Positions 60,669 through 64,000 of a stretch of 64,000 bases of DNA are shown in pieces. The stretch comes from Dehalococcoidia bacterium (GTDB lineage: Bacteria; Chloroflexota; Dehalococcoidia; Lucifugimonadales; Australimonadaceae). The position numbers were made by a program, and so were the translations under genes. The notes under the pieces are model-generated. The model did no database searches. It had not been told where the DNA came from and worked only from the letters and a program-made list of their open reading frames with translations. How positions within the stretch are numbered: position 1 is the stretch's first letter; each line of letters begins with the position of its first letter. The stretch spans positions 64,526 through 128,525 of the forward strand of contig DAOUJA010000062.1 in NCBI GenBank assembly GCA_034423175.1. The letters run 5' to 3'.

Positions 60669-61472
60669 CTACTCGATGGCGAAGACCGTCTGGACGCGCA
60701 CGCTCACCTCGAGCTCGCCGCCGAAGAACTGCGTCGGCGGGCCTGCCGAGTCCATCGCTGCGACCGCGAACCGCGCTTCGGCGACCGGGAAGGTGTCGAA
60801 GGTGCTCTCCGATATCGAGACGAGCGGGCCCCGGACGACCTCCAACTGCGTCGCGTAGAGGTCGGCCTTCTCTATCGCGTTCTGGATGGCCAGGACGCGC
60901 GCCTCCTCCTCCAGCGCCGCGGTGTCCTCGATGCGGAAGTCGACGCTCTGCACGCGGATGAGGTCGCCGCCCGCGGTGACGGCGTTGTCCACGACGTCGC
61001 CGGTGGCGTCCAGATCGCGCAGCGTGACGTTCAACGTGTTGGTCACCTGGAAACCGAGCAACTGCTGTTCGCCGTCGCGCACGTACTGGTAGCGCGGGTT
61101 GATGGAGAAGCGGGCTGTGCGGATGTCTTCCTCCGCGACACCTGCCGCGCGCAACTCCTCGACGACGGCCGTGAGGGCGCGTGCGGCGGCGTCCCGGGCT
61201 TCGGCGACGGTGTCGCGCAGTGCTTCGACGCCGAGGGAGACGACCGCGATGTCCGGCTCGCCTGAGACGGTGCCTGTCCCGGATGCGTGGATGCCGCTGT
61301 TCGTGTCGTAGACGATGGTGCTGCCGCCGCGCGTGTCGGTCGGCGCGGAGTCGTCGCCGTCAGCATCGCCGTTGCCGCTGCCGTTGCATGCGGCGAGCAG
61401 CGCCACAAGCAACAGGGCCGCGCTCAGCAGCAGGACAGTCTTCGTTGCGGGGAGGGCCGGGAGGGATGGCAT
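60669..61472 (-). CDS. SIMPL-domain (DUF541) lipoprotein
   Basis: Lipobox ..LLAAC, then a SIMPL-type body (..ARFSINPRY.. and ..VSVRVQTVFAIE). AAGGAGA lies upstream of the ATG at 61472. Confidence 0.7.
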   Translation of the reverse strand: MPSLPALPATKTVLLLSAALLLVALLAACNGSGNGDADGDDSAPTDTRGGSTIVYDTNSGIHASGTGTVSGEPDIAVVSLGVEALRDTVAEARDAAARALTAVVEELRAAGVAEEDIRTARFSINPRYQYVRDGEQQLLGFQVTNTLNVTLRDLDATGDVVDNAVTAGGDLIRVQSVDFRIEDTAALEEEARVLAIQNAIEKADLYATQLEVVRGPLVSISESTFDTFPVAEARFAVAAMDSAGPPTQFFGGELEVSVRVQTVFAIE

Positions 61473-61616
61473 CGTTCTATCTCCTTTCCCGCCGGGTGGC
61501 GGCGGGCTTCCGGTAAGGATAACGCTCCCCCGGGCGGCGCGGTTCACGTCAGCGGCCCGGCCCGGCAGCCCGTATACTGGAGAGTACGCGCAGACCGGCG
61601 CGTTCGTTCCATCGAC

Positions 61617-62189
61617 ATGCGCTCCATCCTGCGTGAAACCATCCAGACCATCGCGCTTGCGGCCTTCTTCATGCTGTTGCTGCAGGGCGCTATCCAGAAC
61701 TACCGCGTCGAAGGTCCCAGTATGCGCCCCTTCCTGGACGACCTGGACGGCGTCTTCGTGAACAAACTTGCCTACCAGGCGGTGGACGCGGAGCACGCGG
61801 CGCGGTGGGTGCCGGGGCTGGGCGCGGCGCCGGGCGAGGTGTGGCGCCCCTTCGGCGGGCCGGACTACGGCGACGTCGTCGTCTTCAAGTGGCCGAGGGA
61901 CGAACGCCAGTACTTCGTGAAGCGCATCATCGGCAAACCCGGCGACGCGATCGAGATCGAGCAAGGGGAGATCTACCGCAACGGCGAGCCGGTCCATGAA
62001 CCGTACGTGGAGCACGCGTCCGGCGAGACGATCATCGAGCGCGTCGTCCCGGAGGGCCACTACTACGTGCTGGGCGACAACCGCGCGCAGAGCGACGACT
62101 CCCGCCGCTGGGGGTTCGTGCCGGAAGAGAACATCGTGGGCGAGCTCTGGTTCGGCTACTGGCCGCTGAACAGGGTAGGCTTCTTCTAG
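61617..62189 (+). CDS. lepB: signal peptidase I
   Basis: Catalytic Ser box EGPSMRP, Lys box VKRIIGKPGD, and GDNRAQSDDSR. Confidence 0.85.
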   Translation: MRSILRETIQTIALAAFFMLLLQGAIQNYRVEGPSMRPFLDDLDGVFVNKLAYQAVDAEHAARWVPGLGAAPGEVWRPFGGPDYGDVVVFKWPRDERQYFVKRIIGKPGDAIEIEQGEIYRNGEPVHEPYVEHASGETIIERVVPEGHYYVLGDNRAQSDDSRRWGFVPEENIVGELWFGYWPLNRVGFF

Positions 62190-62249
62190 GAGCGCGCGGG
62201 CCTGGTCTTCGGCCACAGCGGGAGCGGTTTGCGATAGCCTGTTGAGGAT

Positions 62250-62324
62250 GCCCCCGTAGCTCAATGGCAGAGCGCCGGGCTTTTAACCCGGGCGTTGCAG
62301 GTTCGAGTCCTGTCGGGGGTACCA
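62250..62324 (+). tRNA. tRNA-Lys (anticodon UUU), CCA encoded
   Basis: Manual cloverleaf: acceptor GCCCCCG/CGGGGGT, D arm GCTC..GAGC, anticodon stem CCGGG/CCCGG with loop CTTTTAA, T arm GCAGG-TTCGAGT-CCTGT, discriminator A, then CCA. Confidence 0.85.
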
Positions 62325-62439
62325 GCCTATACGAAATCAAGAACCTTTCAGATCAGGTTCGCTCTGACCCTGTAGAGTGAGCCTGCTTCCCATCCTTTCG
62401 GACGAGAGTGCGCCAGGGATAGGTGAGGGAAGGTATCTC

Positions 62440-64000
62440 TCACCTATCTTCAGCCTGCGACGCCTCCCCCTTGCGCATCCGGTAGCCGACGCGGGGCTCG
62501 GTGAAGATGTACTTTGGATTGTCGGCATCGTCGCCCAGCTTGTGGCGGAGCAGCTTCACCACGTTCCGCACCAGCCACGCCTCCCCGACCCGCTCCGGTC
62601 CCCAGACCTGCTGGAGCAGCACGGCGTGGGTCAGCGTGCGGGGAGCGTGGACCGCAAGCTCGTAGAGCACCGCGTACTCCGTGGCCGTCAGCTCCACCGG
62701 CTCCCCGGCCAGCGTCACCCGGCGCAGGGCGTAGTCGATGTTCAGCCCTTCGGCGGCGTAGGGTCCCGAAGGCTCGCCCTGGAACGGGTCAAGCCGCTTC
62801 CTGAGCGCCGCCCTGATCCTCGCCGCAAGCTCCGTCGGCGAGAACGGCTTGACCAGGTAGTCGACCGCCCCCATGTCGAGAGCCCTGGCGACGGTCTCGT
62901 CCTGGCCGTACACCGACAGGAAGAGGACCGGCACGTCCGTCGTCTTGCGGATGTCGTTCATCAGTGCGATGCCGTCGGTGCCCGGCAGCAACAGGTCCAG
63001 CAGCACCAGGTGGGGCTTCTCCTCCTCTATGAGGCGGGGCACGTCGGCGGGGTCGCCGGTGGCGACGGGCGCGTAGCCCGCCCTGGTGAGGACGTCGCGG
63101 ACGTACCGCAGGTCCTGGGGGTTGTCGTCCAGGGCCAGGACGCGGACCCGGGGCGTGCGCCGCGAGCCGGCAGCGGCGGGACCGGGCGCCGGAATCGCGG
63201 ACCGCTCCACTGCCGGGAGGGTGAAGGTGAACCGCGCGCCCAGCCCCGGCCCGTCGCTCTCGGCCCAGATGCGGCCCCCGTGGGCTTCGACGATGCCCTT
63301 GCAGATGGCGAGACCCAGCCCTGACCCGTCGACGCCCGATGCCGCCTCGCCGGACGCCCGCGAGAACTTGCGGAACAGCTCCGGCAGAAGCTCAGCCGGT
63401 ATGCCCCGGCCCTTGTCGGCGACGGAGACGGCGGCGTGTATCCCGTCCCGCACGGCGCTCACCGTGATGGGCGACCCCTCGGCGGAGTACCCGGCAGCGT
63501 TGGAGAGCAGGTTGCCCATCACCTGCACGACGCGCCGCCGGTCGGCCATCACCTGGGGAAGGTCCGCCGCCATCTTCACCTCCAGGGGGTTCCTCGCGTC
63601 TGCGCTCCGGAACCGGGCTCCTGCCTCCTCCACCAGCGGGTGCAGCTCCGACGGCTCCGGGTTCACGGGCAGCGTCCCCGTCTGGATGCGGGCGACGTCC
63701 AGCAGGTCGCCGATGAGGTAGCGCATGTGCTCGGCCCGGTCGACGATGATGCGGTGGAACTGCCGCATCTCGGCCGGGTCGAGGTCCGCCGCCGCGTTCA
63801 GCAGGGTGGCGCCCGCGCCCATTACGGAGGTCAGGGGCATCCTCAGCTCGTGGCTCACCATGGCCAGGAACTCGGCCCGCAGCCGCTCCTGCTCCTCCAG
63901 CGGGGTCATATCCTGCATGGTGACGATGAAGGACGCCACCCGGCCGTCCTCGGCGTGGATGGGAGAGGCGTTGAGCAGGACGCTGACGCTGCGCCCGTCG
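62440..64000 (-). CDS. fused sensor histidine kinase - receiver - OmpR-type winged-helix protein (5' end outside the window)
   Basis: H-box FLAMVSHELRMPLT, an HATPase region (..NLLSNA..DKGRGIP..GSGLGLAICK), a receiver (..LALDDN..VLLDLLLPGTDG..KPF) and a C-terminal wHTH (..LTATEYAVLYEL..RVGYRM). The frame stays open to 64000 through a PAS-like segment. Confidence 0.8.
   Translation of the reverse strand, partial: DGRSVSVLLNASPIHAEDGRVASFIVTMQDMTPLEEQERLRAEFLAMVSHELRMPLTSVMGAGATLLNAAADLDPAEMRQFHRIIVDRAEHMRYLIGDLLDVARIQTGTLPVNPEPSELHPLVEEAGARFRSADARNPLEVKMAADLPQVMADRRRVVQVMGNLLSNAAGYSAEGSPITVSAVRDGIHAAVSVADKGRGIPAELLPELFRKFSRASGEAASGVDGSGLGLAICKGIVEAHGGRIWAESDGPGLGARFTFTLPAVERSAIPAPGPAAAGSRRTPRVRVLALDDNPQDLRYVRDVLTRAGYAPVATGDPADVPRLIEEEKPHLVLLDLLLPGTDGIALMNDIRKTTDVPVLFLSVYGQDETVARALDMGAVDYLVKPFSPTELAARIRAALRKRLDPFQGEPSGPYAAEGLNIDYALRRVTLAGEPVELTATEYAVLYELAVHAPRTLTHAVLLQQVWGPERVGEAWLVRNVVKLLRHKLGDDADNPKYIFTEPRVGYRMRKGEASQAEDR

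Noticed and set aside
62325-62440. tRNA-Lys as the attachment site of an integrated element.
   Set aside because: I saw no integrase gene next to it and no repeat of the tRNA 3' half elsewhere in the window. The flanking genes (lepB and the hybrid kinase) look like core genes. Only small hairpins follow the tRNA (62418-62448 among them).

Overview
64-kb, gene-dense window of a high-G+C bacterial chromosome (about 65% by eye). I support about 60 protein genes, one tRNA-Lys(UUU), no rRNA and no CRISPR. All domain and family calls come from motif recognition in the supplied translations; no database search was possible.

Gene content, in order:
- Left third (1-17 kb): three VapBC-type and one BrnTA toxin-antitoxin loci. 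Between them sit an inositol-3-phosphate synthase/HAD/nucleotidyltransferase cluster, a NarL-type two-component pair, gamma-glutamyltransferase, a sodium:solute symporter, two class II aldolases, and a two-nuclease cassette (beta-CASP metallo-beta-lactamase-fold (MBL) protein plus NucS-like PD-(D/E)xK protein).
- 17-30 kb: a minus-strand catabolic/uptake operon (amidohydrolase, Opp/Dpp-type ABC importer, UbiD decarboxylase) and a GldAFG-like ABC system.
- 30-42 kb: a NuoE/NuoF/FdhA-like/FNR redox cluster, mutS, and a NYN-PNPOx fusion.
- 42-52 kb: amidohydrolase, Gfo/Idh/MocA oxidoreductase, a frameshifted GNAT, an orphan sbcD/mre11, an AT-rich defence island (Kiwa-like KwaA/KwaB plus a 975-aa N6-adenine methyltransferase fusion), and glyQS.
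- 52-64 kb: a serine-recombinase relic with lower-GC hypothetical genes, two MFS transporters, a His/Cys-rich small protein plus His-rich CDF exporter, SIMPL lipoprotein, lepB, tRNA-Lys, and a fused histidine kinase-receiver-OmpR protein.

Most notable observations:
1. Two genes that the ORF track splits or truncates at in-frame TGA codons. The TGA falls exactly on a catalytic redox cysteine position (a deiodinase-like T-U-P-P-C thioredoxin fold and a rhodanese active-site loop). Each is followed by a SECIS-like hairpin, so both are probable selenoproteins.
2. An uncharacterised two-nuclease cassette next to the TA loci.
3. The Kiwa/methyltransferase island, bounded by a 9-mer repeat array.
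4. A REP-derived hairpin plus an 18-bp in-frame tandem repeat inside mutS.
5. A BrnT-BrnA-BrnA cassette bracketed by direct repeats of the ubiD 3' end.

The many long ORFs lying antisense to these genes are GC-driven shadow ORFs and are not reported as features.
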